The position numbers and the translations under genes were made by a program. A DNA stretch of 64,000 nucleotides. Source: Hydrolagus colliei. Taxonomy: Eukaryota. Of this stretch, positions 37,080 through 50,670 are shown piece by piece. The stretch is taken from assembly GCA_035084275.1 (NCBI GenBank), contig CM068769.1:6696001-6760000 (forward strand), given 5' to 3'. A model generated the notes under the pieces. That model did no database searches. It saw only the letters and a list, made by a program, of their open reading frames with translations, and was not told the DNA's origin. The first letter of the stretch is position 1. Each line of letters opens with the position of its first letter.

Positions 37080-40021
37080 CTGCAGATCAACAATAATAAA
37101 AATAATTTTTACAATGACCAAAACTCGAGCACAATCAAAGATATCAAACAATTATTGTTAAGCATTTTTCGTGTATACACTATATAGCGTTTATCAAGTT
37201 AGGCAGGTTTCCAAATACTACAAGTAAAAAAAAACCTGAGGTGAAATTATGCACAACAATTTGTCTGACAAACTACGGTGCGAATGAACAATTTCCTCTG
37301 GGTGGAATGGGGAAGTGATTGTTGGCTAGAGAATTGTGAGAAACTACCTTCTACATCCCAAATATGTCAATTAAATAAATTGTATTATGTTTGTGTATTA
37401 TGATCACTCTGTGGAGCTAGTTTTTAAATGGTTTTCAGTGATTGATGAGCCAGACCACGTACATAATCATAAAAGGTAATACCTTTTAGTATTACCAATA
37501 GCATTCGTATATTTGCCTAGTTCCAATCCAAACTTTCCCACCATTTGCAAAGCTTGTCACATGTTATGCATTATCAAATGCGACGTTCCTCAATACTCTG
37601 TCCCCGGTCCCATTCAATCGATACATTCTCTTTCTCCGTGATGTCACCCGCAGACTGACACAGCACCACAGCTCTGCATGTGACACAAACTCTCTCTGGC
37701 CGCCTCCACCCTCGACTGCAGGAACTTTCATGTCCTGGCAAATTGTTTCCCTTACTTCATGTCCTGGATATGAATCAACTTCCTCCAAGTGAATGTTGGT
37801 GAGATAAAGGCCATCCTGCTAGGATCCCGGAAGTGCTTCCTCACCATAGCCACTGACACTATCACTACTCGTGACTGTGCTCTTCATCTCACTGAGCCTA
37901 TCCAAAACATTAGTGCCCTTATCGACCCTCAGTTATCCTTCAAACCACACATTCAAACCGTAACCTGTTCCACTTTTCCCAATCTCTGCAACATTTCCCT
38001 CTTCATCACTGATCAACATCTATCCTCCCAATCACAGACACACCCATGCCCGCAACTCCTCCTGACCACAACCCCAACTTCCAACTTTGGTAAACATCCA
38101 TGACTGTCCAGTGCCCTGGGTCATCATTCTGATGTAAAACGCACTAATTATGTATAATTGGTGGTCATTGCTTTCCTTACTATAATTGACCTTCCCAAAA
38201 TAACTACTTTCTGCACGAGAAGAAGAGAATACGTTGTGCAATGAGCCTTTCTCAATTGTCTTATAACAGTCACGAATGCTGCGACGAGTATAGGAACAAT
38301 GCTTGTATTGAACTATCCTGTACCTCTGCACCCCATGCAGGGCTCCCAACACTGCGTTGGAATGCGAGCCTGGATCATAAGTTTCAGAGGTTATTGTGAA
38401 GCTTGAACTGACAAACTTCTGACTCAGAGACGCGAATACTGCAAACTGAGCCAGGCTCTCCCTTGTTAGATTAAGAACAGAATAAGATAGAAATAGGAGT
38501 AAATTATTAGATTATTGAGTTACGTGAGCCAATAACACTATCATATTAAATGTTTCGCACATTCTCTGCCCTTTTCATCTGTCTTGGTTCGTCACTTCCC
38601 TTAGAAATTTCAGTTAGTTCAGCAACTAAAATCATTCTACAATTCCACATCGGTTAGCGAAAACAACATTACCTGATTTCACTCCAAAGTGCCTTCATAA
38701 TAATAAGAAATAATACACAGGTATGCATTTATTCTGTTATAATCTTATGTAACAACATTGATATTGCTTCATTCTATTGCTCGGAAAAGGATTTTGAGAT
38801 CAAGAACATTTTATTATAAGCATATTGTAGAATAATATAAGTAGGATAAAAGCAACAAAAGGTTAAAGGTATGAGTCGAAATAGTTAACTGCAGGCACAA
38901 ACAAAAGGAGTTGTTTTTGTAAAAGTTGCAAATGAACATGCCTGGTCAGAAGCCTTGCGGAATAAGGGAGAAAGATAGCGCTATGCAGACACTAACGAAA
39001 CCATTGCTCCGTGCGTATACAACGTTGGGCACCAGTCTACCAGCCTATACGGCGCTACAAGAAGTGCAACAACATCGCTGCATTCAACATTTGTAAACAT
39101 TGGACAGGAAAAGGGGGGAATAGGCTCATCCATAGAGACCAAGCTGCTGCTAGGCCAATTATTTCAGGACAAGAGATGAGCAGCCGAGGTTAGAAAAGAA
39201 CAAAACCATAGAAGGGAAAAGAGAATCTAAATTGAAGTATCAAACTAAGAAACGTTGAGCTATAAGTCAGGTGCATCTGCGAAGCAATGAACAGCGTGCT
39301 AGAGGCTGGTAGTATTGCTTCACATTGTTCGTGTAACACGCCGTAGTATTTGTATTATTTTGTATTATTCATCTGACATGCGTTGTATTTTAACTATCAG
39401 TTGAATAAACCATTTTTACCTTTGGCTAATTGGTATGTCGAGTGTGATCCTTTTATTGAACTCAGGTACTGGCTAGTTGCAAATCGTAATTTTGTTACGA
39501 TTTGCTTCTGTTTCAATTAATCTTAACACATCAATAAATGTCACCATCTAAAGTGCAATTGCTGCTAACAAGGCTCTCTCCTGATGAAGCTAGTGGAACA
39601 CTGGAGCTGAGCGCCGCACATACTACATGTAGTACAATATGTAGTAACTGCAGCCACAGTAAAATTAAACTTGCATCGGCCTTTTCATTTTGGGAGGATG
39701 TCGAAAATCTTATCTATATCCATAGGGATTTTGTGTGGATAACAAGTAGGAAATTGAAGCAAGAATCACGAAGGAACTGTTGTTGGATTATTTCAGGAAA
39801 ACTGCGTTGACGAAATAGGAATCAACGCATCTATCAATGTTATTTAAAGTTGTTCTAAGTGACAATACTTTGTATAAAGTGGCGAAGTGATGAATGATTG
39901 TGATTGGTTATTGTGTTATAAATGTAAATTATTCAAAATTCTTAATATTTGTCAGTTTCAAAATAATAAGGAAGTATGCTAAAAATAAAGGTGAAAACAA
40001 TAATATTGATAGGTTACATAC

Positions 40022-40087
40022 CTGCCAGATTGTCCGGTATTTGGGAACTCATTCCTTTTCCAGTTGCATCATTTAACAAACCAGAAC
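40022..40087 (-). CDS. NLR exon C2 (66-nt linker of second N-terminal module)
   Basis: TCTCAACAG| phase 1-1 |GTATGT. Encodes (G)SGLLNDATGKGMSSQIPDNLA and joins the NACHT exon in frame. Confidence 0.85.
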
Positions 40088-40195
40088 CTGTTGAGATACG
40101 TTCTTGTTATTTGGATCAAAACAGAATTTACCGCAGTTTAATTTTTCTACAAATATCCATAGAAAATATTTTCAACAATATGAGATGAAGTGTAC

Positions 40196-40367
40196 CTTTA
40201 TCCACAATTTCTCTCAGTATTTTGCTCAGTTTTGGCTTGGATTCCTGTATCTCCGAAAATATTTCCCACATGGTTCTTAATGACCCATCTCCTCCAATGA
40301 ACATCAGATTGAAAAGATATTTAGAGGCGTCAGATTGCTGACCCTTTATAGCTAAATCTCTCACTTT
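40196..40367 (-). CDS. NLR exon B2 (C-terminal half of second CARD-like domain)
   Basis: TTTTCAG| phase 0-1 |GTACAC. Encodes KVRDLAIKGQQSDASKYLFNLMFIGGDGSLRTMWEIFSEIQESKPKLSKILREIVDK. Confidence 0.9.
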
Positions 40368-40944
40368 CTGAAAACATTAATAAAAAGAGAATAGAGGTAA
40401 AACAGTTTCGGTGTTATTGATCAAGTGAGCAAATCCTAAACAACACGGAAAAAACTGCAGATGGCGGTCAGGTAGCATCTTAGTTTAGTTAATTTTCCAC
40501 TCTCCATATCTGCTGCTTGGTAATTTCCAACAACTTCTGTTTTTTATGAGTGAGTAAATCATGGTTGATACTAATGAGCCGATATTTCATGTGAGTCCAT
40601 ATATGCTCATGTAACATTTCAGGACTTCTAAAATATAAGACTCCTTGAATTCAGTGTCAATTTGGAACAGTTTTATGTAACATAAGGCCATGTGGGGCAT
40701 GAAGATGAGGTCCACGATCTTGAGTTTTATTCTCTGGGTGATGGGGAGCCAATGTAGTCGAATGAGAATGGTGGAGATGGGATCAAGAAGCATAGTGGTT
40801 GAGATTGGATTGCAGATCTGCTATCTGTGGAAGAAGGAGTTGGGAAGGCCGAACAGCATGACGTAGTACACAATGAGATGAAAGAATGAGAATATCTTTT
40901 CAGTAGAGATGCAACAGTGAGTGGTATAGAGCAGGTACATGGAG

Positions 40945-41250
40945 TCCTGTAGCGCAGTGGTTTGAGCACTCGCCTTACAAGCGTGAGATCTGGTTTCGAA
41001 TCCAAGCAGATCAGGGAAAAAGCTTGGGCACGTTTCGCTACTCCACGTGTTTAATAATAATCTCTCCATAAATACAAACAACAATAAAATTGTTCATTTC
41101 AATCCAGGGATGTTTGTGGGACACTGCTTTGCGCAATAGGCTGCCGCATTTTGCCCGGAGTATACACTTTTTAGCATATTCTGTGAAGCACTTTGAGACA
41201 TCTAGAAGATGTGAAAAGCGATAGATGAAACGCAAGGATTATTATTATTA
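40945..41250 (+). mobile_element. tRNA-derived SINE
   Basis: GGAGTCCTGTAGCGCAGTGG...GGTTTCGAATCC head, body and (TTA)n tail. Confidence 0.85.
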
Positions 41251-42773
41251 CATGTGTCTATAGGTAATTAAAATTAATTAAATTTGCAATGCAAATAGCT
41301 GTCACTTTTTGAGATAAGTAGAACGTGCTTAAAGTTTAGAATGTATGTGTTTAATAACAGTAGAAGGTGGTTGCATTGGAAAAGTATCCAATAAACATAA
41401 TGATTAGATATGGACATGTCTTTCAGTTTAGGTAAGATTATACAAAGCTGTATATCATAACATGTCCTTTGTGGGGTAATTGCAGAATGAGAAAACAGGA
41501 AGTTTAGTTATGTGCTAGAGATTCTGTTGGAAAAGCCAGAACAAAAAACCTATCTGAAAGACAGAACGGAAGAGTAACCTTGCAGGAGAAGGCAAGAACG
41601 CCAGGAGCTGGAGGCGGCAATGAAGCCGGGAGCTTGACATCTTTACCACAGCATCTACTCAGATTCAGAATTTCAAGTAATATCGTTTTGATTCTGTTCT
41701 ATGCTAAATGCTTTGGTTTGTATAAATAAAAAATATGACACGATATTGGATTGTCTGATTATTAAATCCAACCTAGGGATCAGAAATCGCAACACACTGA
41801 GACAAATCTGCTGGAAATATGTATTACAAGATGTCTGGAATAACAGCGGCTTCTCTTCTCATAAACCTGTCAAATGCTGCCGCAGAGAATCGTTCAAGTG
41901 GTGGTTTGTTTAATGTATGTTAAATAGGTATGGTTGAAAGCCAATTAAAGAGGGATCCGATAAACTGGATGGAAGTTTATCCGAGACAACGAGAAAATCG
42001 GATGAAACGCCCATTCCGAATCATTTTTATACTTACCTATTTTAAATACACCGGATGAGTTGGACAAACTATGATTAATCCAGAGAGAGTAGTTCACTGC
42101 TTGGCACTTACATGCTGACACTATCTTGAGTGCCTCCAGTGGCTCCAGGGAGGAGTTAAATTGTGGTTGGTTGAGAGTAATTCCCAAACGGTTTCGGGCT
42201 GTTTATCAGTGAGTGGGGCAGGGAATTGGGGACGAAACAAGGGAGGGAATGGGAGTCAGATAGGCTTGTCATTAGCACGTGGCATGTGGGGCGTGGGAAT
42301 AGGATTGACTAGTTGGAAGCTCATTCAAAAGACCTATAATCCACAATTTGGAATAAGCCATCTGATGCGCTGTAGGATTATACTGTGTGAATGGCTGATG
42401 GACTGCTCTAATTCAAAAGGGTCTACTCTGATACGCATTCAACTCAATTATTTCCACATCAACAAAAATCCCATTCAACATCCTTGTTCTCTCCTTCAAA
42501 TCTCCGTGACATCTCTAATCATACAGTCCCAGCCATTCCTTTCAGAATTAATTTAGTTCATGTGCCTTATCCAACATCAATGGTCTGACTTTCATATTTT
42601 TTGCCAATACTCTCTGGATCACCATCCAGACTCTGCTTCTCATACACTCTTTCACCTCATTCAAGATCATTGTTGACAGTTTGGGTAACATCTATAATTA
42701 TTTTTGCATTCGTTGAAAACAGCCTATGTTTAAATTGTTATTGAGCTCACAACATTTAGCACATTGAACCAAC

Positions 42774-42931
42774 CTGAAGTTCATCTATACCCATTTCCTG
42801 TTTTCTGTATAAATACAAGGCCACATCTGGAACAAATTCCTGAATCGCTTCTTCCAGTCTCTGCCGGTGGAACTCGGTGATTCTGAGCAACTCATGTTCA
42901 TTGTAACCGTCCAACATGTTTTTAATTCCAT
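42774..42931 (-). CDS. NLR exon A2 (N-terminal half of second CARD-like domain)
   Basis: GTTTTAG| phase 1-0 |GTTGGT. Encodes (D)GIKNMLDGYNEHELLRITEFHRQRLEEAIQEFVPDVALYLYRKQEMGIDELQ. Confidence 0.88.
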
Positions 42932-43009
42932 CTAAAACATGTCAATCGAGATTTAGATTATTATATTAGAATAATACAATAAAAGTAACAACACAATTAT
43001 TGGAGAGAA

Positions 43010-43660
43010 CATGGAGCAGCGAGGCGAATGGAGGTTTGCCTTTTGGAAGCAGTTGATGAGGAGAGAGACAGAGTGATGGGGCAGTTAGGGTGACGGTTCT
43101 GGGTCCACAAACATTGGGAGGAGGGCCGAGCTGGTGCAGGGGAAGCTAATGGGGGGTGGGGTCCAGGAATGGGAGGGACTAAGAAGGGCAGTGGGAGAGA
43201 AGGAGAGTGTTGAAACAGTAGAAGGTTGTAGGTGGGAGCAAGAACCTATTCGGATGGAACGTCTCAGGTTGAGGCAGCAGCCACATTCAGGCCTCAGAGC
43301 CCTGGAATATGTCATCAGCGCGACAGTATCAGCCCTGGGGCACCTGGAGACAGCACAGCTCTCCAGGAGCCCCAGGGCTGCTCGTGCTAAATTTCTGAGT
43401 GAAAATCTATTTTATTCCAGATTGTTGACTATCGCAGTCAGTGTTTCGGATGCGAGCTGTGTTCGGGATCAGGGAGGGTATAGGTAAGGCGCTGAAGTGG
43501 TGTAAACCGATGGCGCAGTCGAAGAGGAGGGACGTGAGACCAGAAGCAGGGTAGGGAGAGGGCGAAGCATAGGGATTACAGGATGGAATTCTAAATGTTG
43601 GGGCAGAGTGGCTGAACGCTCACCCGCTGATGGTGGGCCGGATGATTCTGGAATAAAAAA
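43010..43660 (-). mobile_element. Decayed L2 LINE (endonuclease/linker region)
   Basis: Purine-rich L2-like sequence with YTTSAPYLYPP-type EN remnant on the - strand. Confidence 0.55.
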
Positions 43661-44389
43661 CAAAGCCTCATTTATGCGTTGTGTTATGCACCAGTTTCCT
43701 TTCTCATCTCGGGAGGTTTGATGCCCTACCTTTCCCCTTTATGGAAATGTATGTAATCCAAACCATCTCCTCTTTCAAGGCTTCCCATTAGTCAGGAGAT
43801 GTTTTATCTTCCAATCTTTCTATCCAGTGCATCCTATCTAGTTTTCTTTTCAAAACCACTGAACTCAGCCTCTTCCAGTTGAATATCTTCACCTTTGATT
43901 GTGATTGATTGTTCACTGGCCCTTTCCACAGTGAACAGTGAACAACGGTAAACAGATGATTTCGTGATTACCGTTGTCTAGATGCTCTGCAGCTGAAACC
44001 TACTCCACTTACCATCAGAGTTAGATCCTGCACTGCTTGCTTCCTCATTGTTTGAGAAATATACTGGTTATTCTGCATACATTTCAGGAATTGATTACGC
44101 TCCATGGAATTTACACTGTATTTTGCAAGGGTATATCAGGAAAATTGATTTCTCCATTCAGATTATAAAATAAGTTTTAAAGTTTTTCTGGCATCTGCTT
44201 GCAGATTTGTTCCTCTATCTCCTTTCCCACAATATGGTGGTCTATGGAATGCAATGATTTTCTGCTGCATATACATTATTATTATTATTTCTTTCGCTGA
44301 AATTCAGATCCTGAATAATCAAAATATTATACAGAGTTCTTAGCAACATAAATCTATAAAACAATATGTAATATTTATAGGTCACTTAC

Positions 44390-44455
44390 CTTCTCTATTT
44401 TTCGGTGTCTTTCCACTCGCATTATTTCTGACTGCATCTTTCGATATATCAGAAC
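44390..44455 (-). CDS. NLR exon C1 (66-nt linker of first module)
   Basis: TCTCAACAG| phase 1-1 |GTAAGT. Encodes (G)SDISKDAVRNNASGKTPKNRE. Same length and acceptor context as C2. Confidence 0.85.
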
Positions 44456-45242
44456 CTGTTGAGATATGTTCTTTTGATTTGGATTCAAGCAGAGGATCGG
44501 CGAAGATGTTTCTATTTGGAAACTACAATGTTGATGTTAACTCTGTGACCACCTCCTTCTGTATTATTTACTTTGATGTGCCACATCTCCAATTTTATAC
44601 AATTCACCATTACCACAATGCTTTGTGAGAACATATTTTTGTTTCAGTCTTTAAACGCTTGATGGTTAATCATAAAAAGTACAATGATATATATCATCAG
44701 TGATTTTCTTATTTTTAAAAGTTTATATTGTTTTATTATATTGATAGTAATATATTAATATTTTGAGAAGTATTGACGAATATTAATTTATTCAATAAAC
44801 AGTGCGTCAAAGAGGAAGATTAGCATATGGAGCATGACCCCGTCAGATAACTGCAGTTGTAGTCTTTCAGCAAAACGGTGATAACAAAATAGGAATAATT
44901 TCCCATGTTAATAATACTAGTTTATAACGGACAAAATTATGGTTAAAGATTGTACACAGATAATTGTTTGTGCACTTTACTTCGTATATGTTAGCAATCA
45001 AAAATCGTATAAAGCGTCTTAAAAAGTGTATGAAAAACGCATAAAAAGTTGTTTATGTCACATACTATCTTGATTTTCTGGTAGTTTCATGTTGATAGCT
45101 TCATCAGAATCATCATTTAATGAATCTGAATCTGCACATATATGTTTCTTTGAAGTTGCAATTAAACAGAAGGAAACATAAAATTGTTTTAAAAAGTACA
45201 TTATAAAATCAGGATTAATGACACTAAACTAAGGATACATAC

Positions 45243-45411
45243 CTTCATCCAAAATTTCTCTCATTATGTTGCTGAGTTTCAGCCTGATATCCTTTGTCTC
45301 AGCAAATATGTCCCACAATGTTCTCACTTTACCTGGCCCAGCATGCAACACCAGAGTGAATATTAGGTGGGCGGCATCAAACTGTTGAGAGTTCGAAAAC
45401 GCTTTCACTTT
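45243..45411 (-). CDS. NLR exon B1 (C-terminal half of first CARD-like domain)
   Basis: TTTTCAG| phase 0-1 |GTATGT. Encodes KVKAFSNSQQFDAAHLIFTLVLHAGPGKVRTLWDIFAETKDIRLKLSNIMREILDE; paralogous to B2. Confidence 0.88.
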
Positions 45412-45839
45412 CTGAAAATAATAAAATAATAATTACAAATTATCCAACTAAAATGGCTACATAATTGTCGATAAAGTCAGCTCATCTTATTTGATTTTCA
45501 TCAATATAATTTCTTCCTTGGTCCAGATTTACTTTCAATACCATTTCTAAGCGTCGAAGATGCGAGAAATTCTACAGCGCTAGTGTGAGGACTGTTTTCT
45601 AATAGTTCTGTTAAGAATTACAGTACACATATTTCAATAATTAGGATTAATTTCAAACAAGTTATCAAATACAGTTCATGAGTAACAATATGCATCGGAA
45701 GACGAGATGAATCGATATTATCTTTCAATTTTTACATTGGAATACAAGGATAACAAACCAACACTTCAGAGCATGCTAGTTGTTAGAGAATACTTTGCTA
45801 GTATGGTAATACTGAGGGATGCAGAGCACTGGTACGGGG

Positions 45840-46700
45840 CTCCAACAACAACAACAACACAACTACACTTGTATAGCGCACTTCACGACATGAAGACATC
45901 TTAAAGTGTTGGACAGTCACTGCTTCAGACCCGTGGTGCCAAAATTGCGGGAAGGAAGTGGGGAATAGGAGTTGCCGATGGGTCCATCAAAGCGGAGAGT
46001 CTTGAGGCGAGACTTGAGGGTGGAATGGGAGGGGGCAAGATGGAGGGACTCCGAGTTCTAGTGGTTGAAGACAGAGTGGCTAAAGGCTCTCCCGCCAGTA
46101 GTGGGGCGGATGGGACGGGGGACGTGGAGCAGGCCAGAGAGTCTGATAAGCGGAGAAGGTGGGCAGGTTGTTAAGGAGATAGGAAGTCATGGATGTAGCG
46201 TAGAGTGAGGTGGTAGAGGGCTTTAAATAGGAGGACCATGAAGTTGAATTCGATCCTCTGGATGATGGAGAGCTGATGAGATTGGAGCGCTTGAGGAATT
46301 GGGACGACGAGTTCTACAATGTCTGCAGCCTGTGGAGGGTGGAATTGGGAAGGCCGACAAGCAGGGCATTTGCATAGTCGAGCCGGGGTTCACATGAAGG
46401 TGTGGATGAGGATTTCAGCGGCTATGGGGTTGAAGTAGTGGCAGAATCGGTACTTTTGCGGAGATGGGGAAAGGTAGAGCGAGTCATTGCTTGGATGTGG
46501 AGGAGGAAAGACAGTTGAGGTTCAAACAAGTCACCTAGGTTCGAAGAGAGTTCTTTGTCAAAAAAGACACTCAAGTTCCACAAAGTGTCCTGAAGATTGA
46601 GTGAGATCAATGCAGGTGCTGCAGTTTGACCTGAGGTGAGCAGTTCCAAATGGAAGCCAAGCAAAAGAGTCTCTGAATGCAGACAATTAACACAATTCAA
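45840..46700 (-). mobile_element. L2 LINE 3' fragment
   Basis: (CAA)n-CTTGTATAGCGCACTTCAC tail at 45845 and L2 ORF2 remnants. Confidence 0.8.
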
Positions 46701-48347
46701 CCATCATCCAGGTTCTGCTGTGCGACATGCAATTAATCAGAAAAACAGTGATGACACTGTCAGATGTAGAAATAGAATGTTCGAGTGAGGAAGTACCTAC
46801 ATTCAGGTGAATGTTAACCCCATTTAGATGGATGATGGCACCAATTTGAGCGGTAAATTGTGCGTAAAGATCGAGTCCTGAGGAGCGCAGCAGATTGAAA
46901 GTAAATTGTGCGCTGGCAGTAAGCGAAGCCATTGGAAGAGACAAAGTGAATACATTGGGATAAGTAAGAGTTAAACAAACATGGAATACAAACGTGCAGC
47001 AGGGAGTAGAAATCTTAGAGAAGATACAGTCGATTCTGTTCAGAAGTCAACATGTGTTTGCGAGGTTACATCACAGTCTTACCAAATATCATTTTACAGA
47101 CTATAGATCACAGGTAAACGGGGATTACTGACTGTGATCTCGATTTATATTTTGGGATTCAATGTGTACCAAATCAAAGAGTATTAGCTAACTCAAGTCA
47201 TTTGGGCGATTTAAATGTAATAATGTGTCACAGTAATAAATTGCAGAAATATTTTCCAAAACTTGCGGGAAATTCCACAATTTTTTTCTGGCAAGCTGCG
47301 TTTTGTCACTTGATTGTTGACGGCTAAATATGAAAACAACAACATGCATTAGAATATTACAAAAAAACAGTTAACACAAACTGGGTGGCCAATGCTGGTG
47401 GGTGGGCGAGGGGGCCGAAAATACATGCAAACGTTCGAATTGTTATTTTCAATTTTCACTGCGACCAGTATTCTGAATATAATGCTCGAGACGTTCACCA
47501 CCTACTGCCTCTTGGGCCACATCACTGCCCCGTACTAACTTTGAAATATACAACGCATTCCACGCCGGACAGCGTCGCAGAGCGCTTCACTGCTCACAGA
47601 TACACAGAGATAGAAACGCACACACACAGAGATAAAGCACATACACTGAAAGCGAAAAAACAGACAAAGACACGCAAAGTCACACAGAAACATAAACAAA
47701 CACATTAAGACAGGGAGAGACATACACACAGACACAAACCCCTGGAGACACAATCACAAACACACACATAGATAGTTAATAAGTGATTGTACTTTCATGC
47801 TGAAAATATGAAAAAATAATCCATGTTAAAATTCATTAACGTTCTTCCCAGCCCCACAAAGGATTAAGTGTCTGTGAAGCCTTGAAACTGTAGTTTGCTG
47901 GCCAAAAGTTTCACTCAGTGTGGATTGGCCAAATTTATGAGTCAATAGACCTCCCCACATTGTCCAGAACTCAGTTTTGCTCTACTTATTTAAGATCGAT
48001 CTCAAATTCTACGCTTTTGATAGCGTTGTTTTGTCACTTTTCTCCAAATGCACTCGCTGGGTGCTCATTCTCTAATCAGTAATAATAGCTAGTACAGCAA
48101 GTTCATCGCAACGTCCTCCATCATGGACGATGACATATAAATGTTAATTGTTATTGTATTGTAATTCCCGAGTTGCAAGCAGATCTCCGTTTCTGGGGTA
48201 GTTTGGAACACCTCGGTATTTTGTTGCCACGCTTCAAAATAAATTATGCATCAATAATTATATATTAGTCAATCAACTATATAACACATCAACAAACCAA
48301 TATTTAAGCTGGCACAAACGTCATGAAATTAATTACATTGAACCCAC

Positions 48348-48514
48348 CTCAAAATCGTATAAGTTAATTTCGCGTCTTCTGAGTAACTCTTTGACCACGT
48401 CCTGAACACACCTCACAATAGCTTCTTCCAATGGCTGCCGGTGCTTCTCGGTGACATTGTGCAGCTCTTGGTCATTGTAACCTTGCAGCTTCCTTATAAT
48501 CGCATCACTCACAT
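48348..48514 (-). CDS. NLR exon A1 (N-terminal half of first CARD-like domain)
   Basis: CATTTGTAG| phase 1-0 |GTGGGT. Encodes (D)VSDAIIRKLQGYNDQELHNVTEKHRQPLEEAIVRCVQDVVKELLRRREINLYDFE; paralogous to A2. Confidence 0.88.
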
Positions 48515-49439
48515 CTACAAATGACAATCAAAATGTAGGTTATCTCTTGGAATATCAAAGTATTAAAACAACAGTTTGTACTGCAGCAGATTATTTTGAT
48601 TAGCTGAGGGTCTGATTCAAGGAGAAACCTGTCACCAATCAGCTGGGATAGTGCTCAATTAGATCCCAGTTACTTCCATTCCCAATGATGTCCGTAGTTG
48701 GTCGATTTACATCCAATAAGTGTAGGTTTGAACCCTCGCTGAATGTTTCCAGGAACTCATTGCGCATTACTGATTGTAGCACTGTTCTTTATGAAATCTA
48801 CGAATTAATTGTCACCATTTTCAAACCTGGACACACACCTCCAACTATTTAGCGATGCTTCCACCAGTTCGAGGTGTGAAGCTTCTGAAGCTGCATTGCT
48901 ATTTTGAGAAAGATTTAATGATCAGTGATAAAGCAGTATATGATGCAATCATACCGTAAGTTGCAAAATTGTCAATATGGGATGCAAGTCAGGGATAAGT
49001 TTATTGCTGTTGTTAAGGTTAGTGAAACTACATTTTCACTCAAAAATCTCCCAAGTTTCCGGCAGTGATGTATGCCAAGTGGATATGAAACCTTTCAGAT
49101 ACAGGAGAGAGCAGAGCTGGTTTATCACAATCACCCACGTTTCAGAGGTTTAATCAAAAAGAGGAACCATATTTCGACTTTAAAGGAGAAATATTTTATT
49201 TGTTGCTTGCAAGCTTTCCAACCAAAGCTCGCAAGCAACAGTAACTTCAACACATGGAACCAGTTCTCTCAAACTACATGACTTGGAATGCTCTGTCTAA
49301 CCAAGATAATTCTGACTGCCCCCGAGCCCTTTTTTATTGTCTCAACAATTTATATTTATATAGCACCACTCAAGGAGGCTAGTTATCTTCACATCGAGTC
49401 ATGTACTCCTAATTGAAATTTAGCATTGTCCATTGCATT

Positions 49440-49519
49440 AAAATGAATAGATATAAACATGTGTTTATATCTATTCATATATATAAACATGCGTTTATAT
49501 CTATTCATATATATATATC

Positions 49520-49572
<53 letters not shown>
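49440..49572. repeat. (TA)n microsatellite with degenerate AT-rich flank
   Basis: Visible dinucleotide run. Confidence 0.9.
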
Positions 49573-49574
<2 letters not shown>

Positions 49575-50044
49575 ATAAATATACGTCACGAAATGCAAGA
49601 TGCTGCCTATCTTCGACAAATGGTTTTAGATGCGCTATTCTCCGGTTTTCCCCTTAATAGATTGTCTAATGCAGGACAGTTCGTTTCACTGCTGGCCGAC
49701 ACCCTGCCTAATAATGAATGGATTATTGTTGGCACTTTCTATATTCCCCAAATCTTCAGATGTAGGATGATTCAGGTGGTGTACCCTCGTTAAATCTGTA
49801 TAATTTATCTAGCAACTCATTTTTCTCTAAATTTAAAGTTTGACCCTGTCACAGTTGTGGATGACAAATTGTCTCTATCAGTTTCCTTTCTGAAAAGGCA
49901 AATTGTATGTTCAGCTTCTTAGTTAAATTATTCCCACCATTATCTTTGTATCAATGGCAAGATTATCCTATTAATTTTCCATCCTTCCAATCCATATTAT
50001 GACCATTCTTTAACTGATAACATGCTTGTAGAACACTTGACTAT

Positions 50045-50670
50045 AACAACAACAACATTGTATTTATAGAGCATCCTTCACATCGGAAGGACAACCCATG
50101 GCGCCGAACATTTGTGACGGGACACGAGCAAGGAGGAATGGTGGGTGGGGCGGGAGGGAATCTGACTAGGGGAAGGGAAAGGAGATTAGGAGACGGGGAA
50201 GAGTTAGGAGGGTAGCAAAAGGCACTGTCAAAGAGGAAGTTCTCAAGATCGGCCTTGAAAGCGGAAAGGAAGGAAGTGAGGCAAAGGGATGGAGTTCCAC
50301 AGTGGGAGCGGAGTGGCTGAAAGGCCGGTCACCGATGGTTGGACGGTTAGGGCGGTGTAAGCGGAGCAGGCGTGAGTCTGCTGAAAGGAGGGTGCGGGCA
50401 GGCTGATTTCCCTTTAAAAGGGAAATGGGTGGGTGCAAGACCGTGATTGGCCTTGAAGGTGAGGACCAGGATCTTGAAATGGATCCTCTGGGTAACGGGG
50501 AGCCACTGGAGACAGGCGAGGGTGGGGGTGATGTGGTCCCGAAGCCTGCTATGGGAGAGTACACGAGCTGCAGATTTATGAATGATCTGCAGCCAATGAA
50601 GGGAGGAGCTGGGATGGCCGACGAGGAGAGAGTTCCCATAGTCGAGCTTAAATGCATTGATTGCGTGGAT
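50045..50670 (-). mobile_element. L2 LINE 3' fragment
   Basis: ORF 50347..50673 IHAINAFKLDYGNSLLVGHPSSSLHWLQIIHKSAARVLSHSRLRDHITPTLACLQWLPVTQRIHFKILVLTFKA is L2 ORF2. (CAA)n tail at 50045. Confidence 0.88.

Noticed and set aside
43927-43965. Isolated CACAGTG as an RSS of a D/J segment
   Set aside because: No nonamer at 12 or 23 bp and no J motif (FGxG) or donor nearby.
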